Counted from the first letter of the stretch, positions 28,101-37,684 are shown. The stretch is DNA of 64,000 nucleotides from Clostridiales bacterium (GCA_031289755.1 JAITOU010000030.1:428-64427); one strand, 5' to 3'. Made by a program: numbers and translations. The notes: a model not told the origin generated them from the letters alone.

Positions 28101-28904
28101 GGCAATCCTATATTGATAGGGGCGCAGTCGGCAAGCTTGCGGCTGGAAATTTATGCAAGCTACGGCAGTATGCCGGAGGTAAGGATGTCGGGTTCGTTTG
28201 TTTTTTACGCGAGCATAGCGAATATTGCGTCTACTGCGTCTACAATGTATGCATACGGACAAATATACGCTTTGATTTTCCAAATAGCTCCTTATACGCC
28301 GGGCAACACCTACGGCGCGACGCAATTTATCCGTTATGATTATATCGCGGAGCAGTATTACGTCATGCTGAACGCAAAGAAATATTATATAGACGCTTCG
28401 CTTTTTGCGGAGAACACAACAACGGCTATTGCCGACGCGTTCGATATGTACGGCGGCTTTAATATCAGCCATACCGATAACCGCAAGTATTATCTCACCT
28501 TTGAATTTGTTTACGAAGGCACGCCGGTATACTTCAAGACCGCCGTCTTTACAATCAACGGCACGGACGCATATCGCACGCGTACATCGCAAAACGCCGC
28601 GTTCGCACCGTCTTTTAGCTATGTGATGAGCTTTGAAGAGAGCAGTACCACTTACGCCACTTTCTATTTGAAGTACGATGCGGTCGGCGGAGCGGTTTAC
28701 GCGACGTTCTTGGACAAGGATTATACGGGTGATTTCAAGATTTACAACGCCGCCGACACTCTCTTAAATACCGCCGACATCATAAGCTCGGACGGCAAAG
28801 CCGTGGGCGCAAAGGCATTCTATACCGTAGAATTTAGCTACAAAGTAACGATAGGCGGAGTAGAGAAGGAAGTAGTATTTAAAGCGGTTTGGCAGATATA
28901 TTGA
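25098..28904 (+). CDS. Large (1268 aa) N-terminally anchored extracytoplasmic protein of unknown family
   Basis: ATGA start/stop overlap with the upstream gene. A single N-terminal TM helix (VIITAVLIAVFASVSAAILLGY). The rest is beta-rich with no recognised motifs. Confidence 0.8.
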   Translation: MKKLYKVIITAVLIAVFASVSAAILLGYKPDIKPKEPTEGTAKIRPTDVLDMILKGVQLAALPEDGYNFNVDSQASFTVSDNNGIEQTIGIKVNMSFDLDPSMSTAGNMYIIELTKKEGETETALLSLYYKDNLYETPYLYVAAGEQKHAVKFTSVKRLAQTGAPGLFSPTAAALSAGKNIWTTDSVLGLLQLGEYQKVVNLIINNFVLNGANSIVKNPYIKDDKRAAGFEIDMDNVKALLDIAAELIGGVDGVASTIDAVLDAFGVKLSFSQIKDIVNNIPEMEMKVSAAFDGAGALTSLKAGVKFLKDTGIAIDAADGSNLADFVIPGGKTVLFELSKFEIKAGAPLFTDFPSGFDANSYSKHNLINFEMSGVAQIESFREIDKDGNYIWETRPGYDYTVEADLDPFALLNGVDKAHLEDSIMAMGKFRIFVWEMGTTATKLELVFDPSSSGTDSILVQFQLLSFAALAGTQKLSFDVSDLIDYISGEPQAAGTARTADTGTVNANALDVGGAIGNIENILNLLGFEYEKLDDGIALSLFPRYLDALASFQNELMSDWGERLYVTLGGFSYGTMSPNADIYTHIATSSNMFFHSMTQEGVPDANKVITNYKYGQKFQDGYSTVDMMITYRYDNNSKLSTLKKSMKVIGTRGFDSYKTGLQEVTLFLIIPPGSGQTGVYDAFADGNLPYGIVKYTYTVMIAAPETGAVYSFVSDNIKAGSKVFDKEVKKDGMTMQASDRFFVKSFALYTKDPSAGGVLSNGIDASGKAISAGKYYIEVVLSDGNTFAQDIYVNEIYIPNLSEKLVRGRPSTDIYGYTKYYDTVQGAVVTQEIIPSLINTSASYLLFLNIGNGIIAGNGFQTTDLQKPNVGLKYTYSYASGGNVVTTTATYDGLRVKIYDDLLEVQADSIASSYKAHEGGYVGTGNWIHRATASGQLYTANLTYGSGLKFINGAYQIWDVYGNVIADKVRIVVLTGVNGTDVTEQYYDADTGKFRVRTDGQGNPILIGAQSASLRLEIYASYGSMPEVRMSGSFVFYASIANIASTASTMYAYGQIYALIFQIAPYTPGNTYGATQFIRYDYIAEQYYVMLNAKKYYIDASLFAENTTTAIADAFDMYGGFNISHTDNRKYYLTFEFVYEGTPVYFKTAVFTINGTDAYRTRTSQNAAFAPSFSYVMSFEESSTTYATFYLKYDAVGGAVYATFLDKDYTGDFKIYNAADTLLNTADIISSDGKAVGAKAFYTVEFSYKVTIGGVEKEVVFKAVWQIY

Positions 28905-28960
28905 TAAACCGCATTGTACGGCAAGGTCTTTTTGCCGCCGAGTAGGCTGTAATAGCTTTA

Positions 28961-28994
28961 AGGACTGTCTTTTAAGGGCAGTCCTTTTGCTTTT
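28961..28994 (+). terminator. Intrinsic terminator
   Basis: AGGACTG...CAGTCCT hairpin followed by TTTTGCTTTT. Confidence 0.7.
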
Positions 28995-29062
28995 ATTGAC
29001 AATTTTGGGGGAATACGCCGTTATTTTTTTGTGTGTTTTGTAAAAAAATCGTCGTATATTAT

Positions 29063-29091
29063 TTGACTATTTTAAATAATACGTTTATAAT
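29063..29091 (+). promoter_or_regulatory. Near-consensus promoter for secDF
   Basis: TTGACT (29063-68), a 17-nt spacer, and TATAAT (29086-91). Confidence 0.6.
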
Positions 29092-29191
29092 GTTTATACA
29101 TAATATTCTGAAATTATGCGCTTTGTTTTATGTATGCGTGTTTTTTCGGTTTTTTCTTGATAAAAACGCTTAGGAATGCTCACACATAAGG

Positions 29192-29323
29192 AGATAAATT
29201 TTATACAAGTATTTTTCAGACGGAAATCGGCTTGTTGCCGCAGATAATAGCCATACTATTATCAAGACAATAGGCGTTTTACGGCAAAAAAGACGCAGTT
29301 TAAAATTTTATCTCATTTTGCGC
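29192..29323 (+). repeat. Conserved 5'-leader element, copy 2 (with a longer central insert)
   Basis: AGATAAATTTTATACAAGTATTTTTCAGACGGAAATCGGCTTGTT ... GCAGTTTAAAATTTTATCTCATTTTGCGC. This is the homolog of 12810-12898. Confidence 0.6.
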
Positions 29324-29357
29324 GACGTTGACCTTACTTATCCGGAGGCTGTTTAAA

Positions 29358-31811
29358 GTGTCTAAAACAAAATCAAAGGTACAGTTGATTATATTGGGAG
29401 TAGCTATAATAATTTTAGCTCTTCTTTGCGTTGTGAAGGATGTCCGAATCGGGGATTATGATTATATGGGCTTTGCCAACGTCATCAAGCTCGGACTTGA
29501 TTTGAAGGGCGGCGTTTATGCCGTATTTGCCGTCGACGAGTCGGACGACATGACCGGCGAAGAAATCGAAAAAGCCGTCAACGGTACGGTGGACAGCTTT
29601 CAGCGAATCCTTTTCAATAAGGGTTACACCGAAGCGAACGTCGTCAAGCAAGGTGCGACGGGCGATTGGTATATAAGAGTAGAAGTTCCCGATGTAGACG
29701 ACCCGTCTGCGGTCTTTGATTTGATAGGCAATCCGGCTTATCTCGAATTTAAAAAGGACGACACCTCCGAGCCTTACATCACGGGCAAGCACGTCGTAGA
29801 CGCCTATGTCGCATATCAAGACAGCTCTCCGGTAGTAGTATTAAAGCTCAATGCCGAAGGTACGACGCTCTTTCAACAAGCTACGACCGACAATTTAAAT
29901 TCTTCTATCGGTATATATGTAAACGGCACAAAAATAGCCGACCCGACGGTAAACAGCGTCATATCGGACGGCAACGCAATAATATCCGGCGTAGGGACTT
30001 ACGAGCAATGTAACGCTCTCGCGCTCCAAATACAAGGCGGTTCTTTCAGCGTCGATTTGAGCATCGTCGAAAACCGCGTCATAAGCCCGACACTCGGTAT
30101 CAACGCTATCAAGACAAGTCTTTTGGCGGGTATCATCGGTCTTATTATCATCATGCTCTTTATGATATTTATGTACAGACTGCTCGGCGCGGCGGCGTCT
30201 ATCGCGCTGGCGGCTTATATAGTCATTACTATCATAGTGCTTGCGAGCGTGCCTTGGGTACAGCTCACACTGTCGGGTATCGGCGGTATCATACTCGGTA
30301 TAGGTATGGCGGTGGACGCAAATATCGTCATCTTCGAGAGAATAAAGGACGAATATTCTAAGGGCAAGCCTTTGCAGGCGGCTATAACGGTAGGCTTTAA
30401 ACGCGCCGGAATAGCGGTCTTTGACTCTAACCTTACTACTATTATCGGTGCGGTCGCTTTGCTTGCATTCGGACCCGCGTCGTTACAGAGCTTTGCTATC
30501 ACGCTCATTATAAGCATAGTGCTTTCCTTCCTTACCGCGCTCTTCTTGACAAGACGCATTGTCAAGCTCTTGCTTGTTTTGGACAAAAAACCGCTCCGTT
30601 ACAATTTAAAAACAAAAACCGACGTGCCGAAAGGACCGCAAGCCGTTTTGGAAAAATTCAAAAAGGTCAAAATCACCGAGAAGTACAGAAGGTGGTTATT
30701 GATACCGGCGGCTGTATTGCTCATATCCTTTATAGTTTTCGCGGCTACGGCTTTGGTCGGCAAGAGCGCGGCTAAGGGTATGAATCTCGGTATAGACTTT
30801 ACGGGCGGTACGATATTGACTGTCGATTTAAGCACTATCGACGGTACGCTCAATATCGACAACGACGACATATACAATCAAGAGGTCGACAGGATAACCG
30901 CCATTATCGAGGACAAAGGCTTTAACGTCAGTCTTGTGCAGAGAGTTGACGGCAACGTCATTCAGGTAAGATACCAAAACGACACAAAGGACGCCAACGA
31001 CGCCATTATCACCGAATTGTCCACCTATTACACAAGTGTAAACGCGAAATTTGACGCGACAGACATCAGCTCTTATTATATAAGCGCGTCATCGTCGGCG
31101 CAGCTGCTTTTAAAGGCACTTCTCGCCGTTGCCGTCGCTCTTATCGCGACTCTCATCTATATAGCATTCAGATTTAAATTGCGCTACGGTCTTGCCGCCG
31201 TTCTGACGCTTATCCACGACGTCATTCTCTTGATAGCGGCGACAATCATATTCAGAGTATCGGTCAACGCTTCCTTTATCGCGGCGATAGTTACCATCAT
31301 CGGTTACGCTATCAACAACGTCATCATCATCTTTGACCGCATAAGAGAAAACATTTCCTTACTCGAAAACAAAACCAAATTTGACACATCCGAAATCGCC
31401 GACAGGTCTATAGGCGAGACCGTGACAAGGTCGATTTTTACCACCTTTACGACGCTCATAACGATAGTGCTTTTGGCAATAATGGGCGAGAGCAGTATGA
31501 GAGAATTTGCTCTGCCGATTATCATCGGTCTGCTCATCGGACTTTATTCTTCACTCTTTGTCGCGCCGTCACTGTGGTCGCTCTTTGTCAGAGACGGAAT
31601 GAGAAGAGCCGCCGAGAAAAAAGGTCGTTTGCATTCGGGTGCAGACGAGTTGTCAGTCGGCAAAAAGGGGCTTACCCCCGTGCTTGCTACCGCTTCCGAT
31701 ACGGAGTCGTATCCTGAGGAGACCGAGCTTGAAAAACCTATTATCAGGACGGTTCAGGCAAAGCCGGTCAACAAAAACGCACCGTTAAAGACCTTTAAAA
31801 AGAAGAAATAA
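29358..31811 (+). CDS. secDF: Protein translocase subunit SecDF (fused)
   Basis: GTG start behind GGAGG is preferred over the TTG at 29328. SecD periplasmic domain plus 6 TM helices, then SecF-like repeats (GIDFTGGT, FDRIRE). Confidence 0.9.
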   Translation: MSKTKSKVQLIILGVAIIILALLCVVKDVRIGDYDYMGFANVIKLGLDLKGGVYAVFAVDESDDMTGEEIEKAVNGTVDSFQRILFNKGYTEANVVKQGATGDWYIRVEVPDVDDPSAVFDLIGNPAYLEFKKDDTSEPYITGKHVVDAYVAYQDSSPVVVLKLNAEGTTLFQQATTDNLNSSIGIYVNGTKIADPTVNSVISDGNAIISGVGTYEQCNALALQIQGGSFSVDLSIVENRVISPTLGINAIKTSLLAGIIGLIIIMLFMIFMYRLLGAAASIALAAYIVITIIVLASVPWVQLTLSGIGGIILGIGMAVDANIVIFERIKDEYSKGKPLQAAITVGFKRAGIAVFDSNLTTIIGAVALLAFGPASLQSFAITLIISIVLSFLTALFLTRRIVKLLLVLDKKPLRYNLKTKTDVPKGPQAVLEKFKKVKITEKYRRWLLIPAAVLLISFIVFAATALVGKSAAKGMNLGIDFTGGTILTVDLSTIDGTLNIDNDDIYNQEVDRITAIIEDKGFNVSLVQRVDGNVIQVRYQNDTKDANDAIITELSTYYTSVNAKFDATDISSYYISASSSAQLLLKALLAVAVALIATLIYIAFRFKLRYGLAAVLTLIHDVILLIAATIIFRVSVNASFIAAIVTIIGYAINNVIIIFDRIRENISLLENKTKFDTSEIADRSIGETVTRSIFTTFTTLITIVLLAIMGESSMREFALPIIIGLLIGLYSSLFVAPSLWSLFVRDGMRRAAEKKGRLHSGADELSVGKKGLTPVLATASDTESYPEETELEKPIIRTVQAKPVNKNAPLKTFKKKK

Positions 31812-31830
31812 AACGCAAATTACCTATACG

Positions 31831-31855
31831 AAGCCTTCGCACAGAAGGCTTTTTA
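31831..31855 (+). terminator. Intrinsic terminator after secDF
   Basis: AAGCCTTC-GCACA-GAAGGCTT followed by TTTTA. Confidence 0.7.
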
Positions 31856-31899
31856 TCTATCGCGCATACGCACTGTGCCGAAGTATTTGAGAAGCATAT

Positions 31900-34239
31900 A
31901 TGAACGTAAGATATATAAAGAGAAAAACAAACGACCCGGTTTTGATAAAAGAGCTTGCAAGAAGCGTCGGCTGTTCCGAAAGGCTTGCCGACCTGCTGTT
32001 GGCGAGAAATATCAATACCGCCGGTGAAGCCGCCGGATTTTTGAAGCCCCGTGCGGCGGATTTTAACGACCCGTATCTGATGCCCGACATGAAGGCGGCG
32101 GTCAAAAGGATAGAGGCGGCTATCAAGGACGGCGAAAGAATAGTCGTTTACGGAGATTATGATTGCGACGGCGTTTGCGCCGCGGCGATTTTGTACAGTT
32201 ATCTCAGAGAAAGGACGGAAGCCTACTACTATATCCCTGCGCGCAAGGACGGCTACGGACTGAGCGCGGATGCTCTCGACAGGATAGCCGAGAACGTCTT
32301 TCCCGACCTGCTTATCACCGTCGATTGCGGCATAACCTCGTCCGCCGAAACGGATTATTGCAAGGAATTAGGTATAGATATCATCATTACCGACCATCAT
32401 ACGCCGCAGGAGATTTTGCCCGACGCGCCTATTTTAAATCCTAAGACTTGCGGATATCCTTGCGAGCTTTGCGGCGCAGGCGTCGCCTTTAAGCTCGTCG
32501 AAGCTCTTGCGGGGACGGAAACGGCTTTAAAATATATCGACCTTGCGGCAATCGCGACGGTAGGCGATATCGTTCCGCTCACGGGCGAAAACCGCGCCAT
32601 AGTCGCGTTGGGCTTAAAGGAATTGAGCGGCAACGTCAAGAGAAAGGGTTTGAAACGGTTGTTTACAAGCCTGAAACTCGAAAGGGTCACCGCGTCGGAC
32701 ATCTCCTTTATGATAGCTCCGCGCTTAAACGCGGCAGGCAGAATGGGCTTGGCGGACAGAGCCTTAGAGCTGCTTGTTTCCGACGATGCTTTTGATATCG
32801 ATTGTCTGATAAAGGAGCTTAACAGCGACAACGCCGAACGCCAATCGGTATTGAACGATATAACCGCCGACGTCTACTCGAAGCTCAAAGATTATCCTTT
32901 CAGGGACAAACGCAGTATAATAATCGCCGACTCAAAGTGGGACGGCGGAATACTCGGCATAGCTTGTTCTAAGCTTGCCGGAGAATTTAACCGTCCGGTC
33001 GTGCTTTTCAGCGAAAACGGCGACGGTATCGTCAAAGGCTCGGCGCGGAGTATTCCCGGCGTCAACATTTATGATATAATGGCTAAATCGGAATACTTGT
33101 ACAAAGCCTTCGGCGGACACGCGCAAGCCGCCGGAGTCAGCATGGAAAGCCGCAATCTCGAAGAATTTATCAAGAATACCGAAGCGGCTCTCTCCGAATA
33201 CCCCGAAAATCTCTTTTTCCCGTCGGTCGTGTACGACGCGGAGATTGCCGTCAAGCCGGACATGAAAGAGATAAAGGAGATATGCGCTCTCGAACCGTTC
33301 GGGGAAGGCAACCCCAAGCCGCTCTTTCTCTTGACCGCCGCACAAATGCGTTTTGTCCGCATAAAGGACACCGCCCACATAAAGGAACGCGACGGGTCTT
33401 TTGAAACCGTAGGTTTTAATATGGCGGAGCAGACGGGGATATTAAATTCTCCGGCAAAAAAACGTCTCTTGCTCAACATCGATAATTGCGCGTATAACAA
33501 TACGGAATATTTAAAGGGCGTCGTTCAAGGCTGTTGCGCCGAACCGCCGGAGCAAGCCTTTGACAAAGCCGCTCTGTTAGAAGCCTATCTGACCTGCGGT
33601 GCGGACAAGCGTCCTTATCCGGCGGACGGAGCGGATATAAAGACCTTCGGCAAGGACAAGCTCGAAAGCATTATCAAGGATACGGACAAGCTTTACGGCA
33701 CTGCCTTTGTCGCCTACGACGACGGGGCGGCGGCGGAATTTTATAAGCTTTTTAACGGCTCATGCGATAAGTTTCTGTCCTTTTCTTTCGGAACGCCCGA
33801 ATCGAAAAATCCTTATAACAGGCTGATACTGTCGCCGAAACGCGGAATTTTTGATTACTATGACAGAATAATATTTCTCGACAAGCCGCTATTTGATATT
33901 ATAGACAGACCTTCGGCAAAAACTGTCATGGTAAACGGTGCGGAAAACCCTTTGGACGGCGTGTTAAAGGCTTCCGGTATAACCGACGCCGTGATAAGAA
34001 AAGCCTACATATTTATCCGTTACTTTATCAAAGAGAACGGAACGGCAAGCGACCTGAACGAGATGTATTTAAAGTCCGTCAAGGACAAGTCGCTCTCTTA
34101 CTTGGATTTTTTAATAAGCTTTTCGGTCTTTGCGGAGCTGGGCTTGATACGCCTTAGCACGGGCTTTAAGCCGGAGCTTACCGAAGCCAAGACAAATCTC
34201 GACAACTCGTTGATATTTCAAATGTGCAAAAACCTATAA
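31900..34239 (+). CDS. recJ: Single-stranded-DNA-specific exonuclease RecJ
   Basis: DHH motifs VVYGDYDCDG, ITVDCGI and IIITDHH, plus DHHA1 GGHAQAAG. Confidence 0.9.
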   Translation: MNVRYIKRKTNDPVLIKELARSVGCSERLADLLLARNINTAGEAAGFLKPRAADFNDPYLMPDMKAAVKRIEAAIKDGERIVVYGDYDCDGVCAAAILYSYLRERTEAYYYIPARKDGYGLSADALDRIAENVFPDLLITVDCGITSSAETDYCKELGIDIIITDHHTPQEILPDAPILNPKTCGYPCELCGAGVAFKLVEALAGTETALKYIDLAAIATVGDIVPLTGENRAIVALGLKELSGNVKRKGLKRLFTSLKLERVTASDISFMIAPRLNAAGRMGLADRALELLVSDDAFDIDCLIKELNSDNAERQSVLNDITADVYSKLKDYPFRDKRSIIIADSKWDGGILGIACSKLAGEFNRPVVLFSENGDGIVKGSARSIPGVNIYDIMAKSEYLYKAFGGHAQAAGVSMESRNLEEFIKNTEAALSEYPENLFFPSVVYDAEIAVKPDMKEIKEICALEPFGEGNPKPLFLLTAAQMRFVRIKDTAHIKERDGSFETVGFNMAEQTGILNSPAKKRLLLNIDNCAYNNTEYLKGVVQGCCAEPPEQAFDKAALLEAYLTCGADKRPYPADGADIKTFGKDKLESIIKDTDKLYGTAFVAYDDGAAAEFYKLFNGSCDKFLSFSFGTPESKNPYNRLILSPKRGIFDYYDRIIFLDKPLFDIIDRPSAKTVMVNGAENPLDGVLKASGITDAVIRKAYIFIRYFIKENGTASDLNEMYLKSVKDKSLSYLDFLISFSVFAELGLIRLSTGFKPELTEAKTNLDNSLIFQMCKNL

Positions 34240-34311
34240 GGTACAGTCCGACCGAAGCTAAGACAAAGCTCTGAAACTTCAAAGGTAAAAAACCCGTAAC
34301 TATAAGGCATT

Positions 34312-35745
34312 ATGGAACAAAAAAATAAATTGAAAATAAATTCGCGCCTATCGAACTCCTTTAACCGCCGCAGACAGTTTCTCTTGTCCGACGGTAAGAA
34401 GCGCGGCTTTAAAGACAAATTAAATCCGTCCGTATATATTGTAGCCGGTTTTTTGATTATAATGCTCATCGGGTCGTTTTTGCTCAGCTTGCCTGTGGCA
34501 AATTATTTCGGAGTATGGACGCCCTATCAAGACGCTTTCTTTACATCGGCAAGCTCGATTTGCGTTACGGGTTTTACCGTACTCGACACGGGAGCGTATT
34601 ACAATCATTTCGGACAAATAGTCATACTCGCTCTCGTCCAGATAGGCGGTTTGGGCTTTATGACCGCCGCGTCTATGATTTTTCTCTTGATAGGCAAGCG
34701 TATCAGCCTAAAAGAACGGCTGCTCATTCAGGAGTCGGTCTCCTACGACAAGCTGTCGGGGATAATCAAGGTCATAAAAAACATCATCATCTTTACCTTC
34801 GTCACCGAAGCGGCGGGAGCGGTCTTGTTTTCCTTTGCCTTTATACCGCAGTTCGGCGTCGGCGAAGGGATATACAAAAGCGTTTTTCAGAGCATAAGCG
34901 CGTTCTGCAATTCCGGCTTCGACGTACTTAGCGGCAGCTTGACGGGATATACGAGCTTCGGGTATTTTGCCGAAAACTCTTATGTGCTTCTCGTCAATAC
35001 CGCGCTCATCGTACTCGGCGGCTTGGGCTTTGCAGTCATAGGCGACATTACCGGCTTCAAAAAAACAAAAAGGCTTTCGGTAAATTCCAAAATCATTCTG
35101 ATATCCACAGCCGCCATTACCTTTCTGGCGTCGTTAGTCTTTTTTGCTCTCGAATACAACAACGCTTATTCGGGAATGAACGTCTTTGACAAAATGGTCA
35201 ATTCGGTTTTTCATACGGTATCGAGCCGCACTGCCGGCTTTGCCGCCGTCGATTCGTCGTCCTATACGCAAGGCTCGGGCTTCTTGACCTATGTACTGAT
35301 GTTTGTCGGAGCGGGACCCGCGTCGTGTGCGGGCGGTATCAAGATAACGACAATCGTCGTCTTGTTTTGCGTCGTCAGGGCAAATATCAAAAACCGCGAA
35401 GAAGTCACCTTCGGCAAAAACACCGTCAGCGACTATTCGGTCAAAAAGGCGGTAATGATGCTCATCTTTGCGCTCACGTCTATAATTGTCTTTACCATGC
35501 TCATAACCGTCATAGAAAACGAAGCTTTTTCTCTCGGAGAAATCCTATCGGAGGTCTTGAACGGCTTTACTACGACGGGCTATCCGGGCGGAATATCGTC
35601 TAAACTTACGGTATTGTCAAAGCTTATCATCACGCTTACAATGTTTGCGGGGCGAACGGGTCCGCTCATACTCAGCTTCGCTCTGTCAAAGGGCAAAAAA
35701 ACCGCGCTCAATATCAAGTATTCCGAAGTCAATATTATCGTGTAG
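34312..35745 (+). CDS. ktrB: Potassium uptake membrane subunit, TrkH/KtrB family
   Basis: Polytopic protein with repeated selectivity-filter-like segments (CVTGF, CNSGF, SSRTAGF, TTTGY). Confidence 0.85.
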   Translation: MEQKNKLKINSRLSNSFNRRRQFLLSDGKKRGFKDKLNPSVYIVAGFLIIMLIGSFLLSLPVANYFGVWTPYQDAFFTSASSICVTGFTVLDTGAYYNHFGQIVILALVQIGGLGFMTAASMIFLLIGKRISLKERLLIQESVSYDKLSGIIKVIKNIIIFTFVTEAAGAVLFSFAFIPQFGVGEGIYKSVFQSISAFCNSGFDVLSGSLTGYTSFGYFAENSYVLLVNTALIVLGGLGFAVIGDITGFKKTKRLSVNSKIILISTAAITFLASLVFFALEYNNAYSGMNVFDKMVNSVFHTVSSRTAGFAAVDSSSYTQGSGFLTYVLMFVGAGPASCAGGIKITTIVVLFCVVRANIKNREEVTFGKNTVSDYSVKKAVMMLIFALTSIIVFTMLITVIENEAFSLGEILSEVLNGFTTTGYPGGISSKLTVLSKLIITLTMFAGRTGPLILSFALSKGKKTALNIKYSEVNIIV

Positions 35746-35749
35746 ACAA

Positions 35750-35850
35750 GCAAAGCGCGTAATACAATGCCGTGTTACCGTATAAAAGAGCAAAGCGCGC
35801 AATACAATGCGTATATCGTATAAAACCGCAATGCGCATAATACAAAATCG
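35750..35850. repeat. Tandem direct repeat (period about 38-40 bp, 2.6 copies) in the ktrB-ktrA spacer
   Basis: GCAAAGCGCGTAATACAATGC at 35750, GCAAAGCGCGCAATACAATGC at 35790, and GCAATGCGCATAATACAAAATCG at 35828. Confidence 0.8.
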
Positions 35851-35868
35851 TTTAGGATAAGGAAAATT

Positions 35869-36546
35869 ATGGGAAGAAAAAAAACATTGACAAAAAACAG
35901 CCAATATATTGTCATCGGGCTTGGACGTTTCGGACAGGCGGTGGCGCGTACGCTTTATCAAATGGGTAAGGACGTACTCGCCGTCGATACGGACAGAGAG
36001 CTTATCAACGATGCGGAGAGTTATTCTACTCACGCCGTCGCCGCCGATGCAAGCGAAGAAAACGTACTCGTTTCTCTCGGCGTCAAAAACTTCGACGTCG
36101 CGGTAATCGGTATAGGGTCGGTTCATGCCAGCGTTCTCGCCACTCTGATATGCAAGGAGCAGGGAGTAGGCTATGTCATAGCAAAGGCAATCAACGCCAA
36201 GCACAAAACCATTCTCGAAAAGGTAGGCGCGGATAAGGTGATAATACCCGAGGACGAAATGGGCGTAAAGATTGCCAATATGCTGACAAATTCTAAGCTC
36301 AGCGATATCATGGAGCTTACCGACGATTATCTCATAGTCGAGAGCGAGATACCCGACGAGTGGATAGGCAAAAATTTGATAGAATTAAATCTCCGCAAAA
36401 AGGTCGGCGTCAACGTCATGCTCATCAAGCGCAGCGGAGAGGTGATTATCAACCCGCCTGCCGAAATAAAGCTGTTGAAAGGCGATATGCTCATAGTCGG
36501 CGGAGCTAACGACGATATAAAGAGTTTCAGCGATTTGATAAAATAA
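35869..36546 (+). CDS. ktrA: Potassium uptake regulatory subunit, TrkA/KtrA (RCK domain)
   Basis: IVIGLGRFGQAVARTL Rossmann motif and an RCK_C-like C-terminus. Confidence 0.85.
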   Translation: MGRKKTLTKNSQYIVIGLGRFGQAVARTLYQMGKDVLAVDTDRELINDAESYSTHAVAADASEENVLVSLGVKNFDVAVIGIGSVHASVLATLICKEQGVGYVIAKAINAKHKTILEKVGADKVIIPEDEMGVKIANMLTNSKLSDIMELTDDYLIVESEIPDEWIGKNLIELNLRKKVGVNVMLIKRSGEVIINPPAEIKLLKGDMLIVGGANDDIKSFSDLIK

Positions 36547-36632
36547 ACTTCCCGCAAAACTAAATTTGAGCAATATATGCCTTAAATATGAGAAGTCGGT
36601 TTTGCAAGAATAATAATACGGAGGAATTTAGT

Positions 36633-37655
36633 ATGTTTGAAGAAGAAAACGAACTGCCGCAAGGGAGCGGTGAGCCGCAGGACTCGGCTGTCAACGAACC
36701 GCAAAATGACGCGGCAGAAAGCGAACCGAACACGGCGGCGAATGAGAACACGGCTGTGAACGAACCGCAAAATGACACGTCGGCGAGCCAACCGCAGCGG
36801 GCTTCGCAAAAGACGTCCTTTGCCGCGAAGCTCAAAGCCGTGTCCGATAAGCTCACAAAGCTGCCGGAGACCTTTAAGGGCTTGGCAAAGAAGCAAAAAC
36901 AGATAGTATTAGCAATTACCGCCGGAATACTTATCTTGATAATCGGTCTGTCCGTCGGCATATCGCTCATACTCAAAAACGCCGGTATCGTCAGCTCGGA
37001 CGGTTGGGATAAGGCAATAGGTTCGACCGTCGCGGAATTTGACAAGGACAGCTGGAATCTGTACGTCAAAACGACAAATAAGATAATAGAAATTTCCGAC
37101 GGCGTATCGGACGAAACGACAGAAATTCAAGAATTCTATCTTGACGGAAATAAAATAAAAATGATATTACCCGACGGAACGACAACAAAAGAAAGGTATT
37201 ACTCTTTGGAAAATGAAAAAGTATACGTCTACGAATACGAAGGGACTTCATATGTAAGACGCGAAGTAAAGAAGCTTTATGACGCTGAATTGGACGATTA
37301 TATAGAATACGAAGGCGTCGAATGTTTTGAAAAACTCAAATCAATTATTAAAAGGTATAGCAAGGTATCCGCATTGCCGGCTTTTAAAGGCATACGCGGC
37401 GGATTTGAGTACAAAGACGGTAAGTATCAAATAAATGACCGCTCTATCGAAGAGATTAAACAAATTTTTGAAAATTCGGATAGCAGCACAGAATTGATAG
37501 ATTTTACAATTTCATTTAAAAATGCTAAGGTGACGGATTTTTCTATTACATTTAAACAAACCGACGGCAATGATATTACGGAAACTTCATACTCTGCCGC
37601 CTATCAATTCGGCGATATACAAGTCAAGCTTCCTGCCGATTATGTCAACGGCTAA
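36633..37655 (+). CDS. Hypothetical membrane-anchored protein with an acidic repeat N-terminus
   Basis: Start at MFEEENE behind GGAGG. There is a 72-bp internal duplication (AVNEPQNDAAE / AVNEPQNDTSA), one TM helix, and an extracytoplasmic domain. Confidence 0.6.
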   Translation: MFEEENELPQGSGEPQDSAVNEPQNDAAESEPNTAANENTAVNEPQNDTSASQPQRASQKTSFAAKLKAVSDKLTKLPETFKGLAKKQKQIVLAITAGILILIIGLSVGISLILKNAGIVSSDGWDKAIGSTVAEFDKDSWNLYVKTTNKIIEISDGVSDETTEIQEFYLDGNKIKMILPDGTTTKERYYSLENEKVYVYEYEGTSYVRREVKKLYDAELDDYIEYEGVECFEKLKSIIKRYSKVSALPAFKGIRGGFEYKDGKYQINDRSIEEIKQIFENSDSSTELIDFTISFKNAKVTDFSITFKQTDGNDITETSYSAAYQFGDIQVKLPADYVNG

Positions 37656-37684
37656 TAATTAAAATACACTCAACGCTCAATAAA

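Noticed and set aside
35686-36204. 172-aa minus-strand ORF spanning the ktrB-ktrA spacer.
   Set aside because: It overlaps the ends of two well-supported + strand genes as well as the tandem repeat. There is no supporting signal.
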